From Nitrospirota bacterium (lineage in GTDB: Bacteria > Nitrospirota > Thermodesulfovibrionia > Thermodesulfovibrionales > Dissulfurispiraceae): DNA of 15,362 bases. The translations under genes were made by a program, and so were the position numbers. Position 1 is the stretch's first letter. Every line of letters starts with the position of its first letter. This document shows positions 15,141 through 15,362 of the stretch, one piece after another. Where the stretch lies: the NCBI GenBank assembly GCA_040754455.1, contig JBFMCP010000053.1, forward strand, positions 1-15,362. Direction: 5' to 3'. Below the pieces are notes generated by a model. That model had not been told where the DNA came from. It worked only from the letters and a program-made list of their open reading frames with translations, and searched no databases.

Positions 15141-15362
15141 GCAAGTCCGCAAAAGTTTTGTCACAGGTGAGCAGTTCATGATACCTTTGAAGGTAGAGGG
15201 AGGTTATCATGAACAAAACACTCCTAACACCGTATCAGCGCCGTCGACTGCAATACGAATTGCACCACGCTCAGAATGTTCACCATTACCGCCGTATCCT
15301 GGCGATACTGCAGTGCGATAAGGGAAAACCCATTCCTGAAATCTCTCAGATGCTCGAAGTAA
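15138..15362 (+). mobile_element. Left end of a probable IS630-family element (partial)
   Basis: Carries a transposase-like HTH ORF from 15209. A TA dinucleotide at 15138-15139 followed by AGCAAGTCCGCAAAAGTTTTGTC is a plausible terminus, but the boundary is unverified because the other end is not visible. Confidence 0.5.
15209..15362 (+). CDS. N-terminus of a putative IS630-family transposase (HTH domain, partial)
   Basis: GGAGG RBS at 15199-15203, then MNKTLLTPYQRRRLQYELHHAQNVHHYRRILAILQCDKGKPIPEISQMLEV... open to the window edge. The R..A.L....G....EI...L.V pattern is typical of IS630-type HTHs. Absent from the supplied ORF track. Confidence 0.65.
   Translation, partial: MNKTLLTPYQRRRLQYELHHAQNVHHYRRILAILQCDKGKPIPEISQMLEV

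Overview
A roughly 15 kb, almost entirely minus-strand gene cluster built around a Tat-exported DMSO-reductase-family (Mo-bisPGD) oxidoreductase, with the start of a different insertion sequence at each edge of the window. In transcription order (right to left): a small, possibly IS-truncated ORF; a minimal SufC/SufB-type (SMS-like) Fe-S assembly pair; a sigma54 promoter with two tandem palindromic enhancer-like sites; a four-cluster Fe-S subunit (B); the 948-aa catalytic subunit (A); a TorD-family chaperone (D); an FmdE-family protein; a ModE-box-like palindrome; a ModE-type HTH-only regulator; a MOT1-family molybdate transporter; a MoeA-like molybdopterin-binding protein; MoaA; a MoaD-MoaE fusion; and a PhnD/AioX-like binding lipoprotein (X), sensor kinase (S) and sigma54 activator (R). 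The B-A-D plus X-S-R layout without a membrane anchor resembles metalloid-oxyanion respiration loci (anr/arr/arx type). However, the catalytic subunit lacks the ArrA and ArxA signature motifs and has an unusual D-x2-C-x3-C-x27-C Fe-S motif, so its substrate cannot be fixed from the sequence alone. All family calls come from motif recognition; no database search was run.
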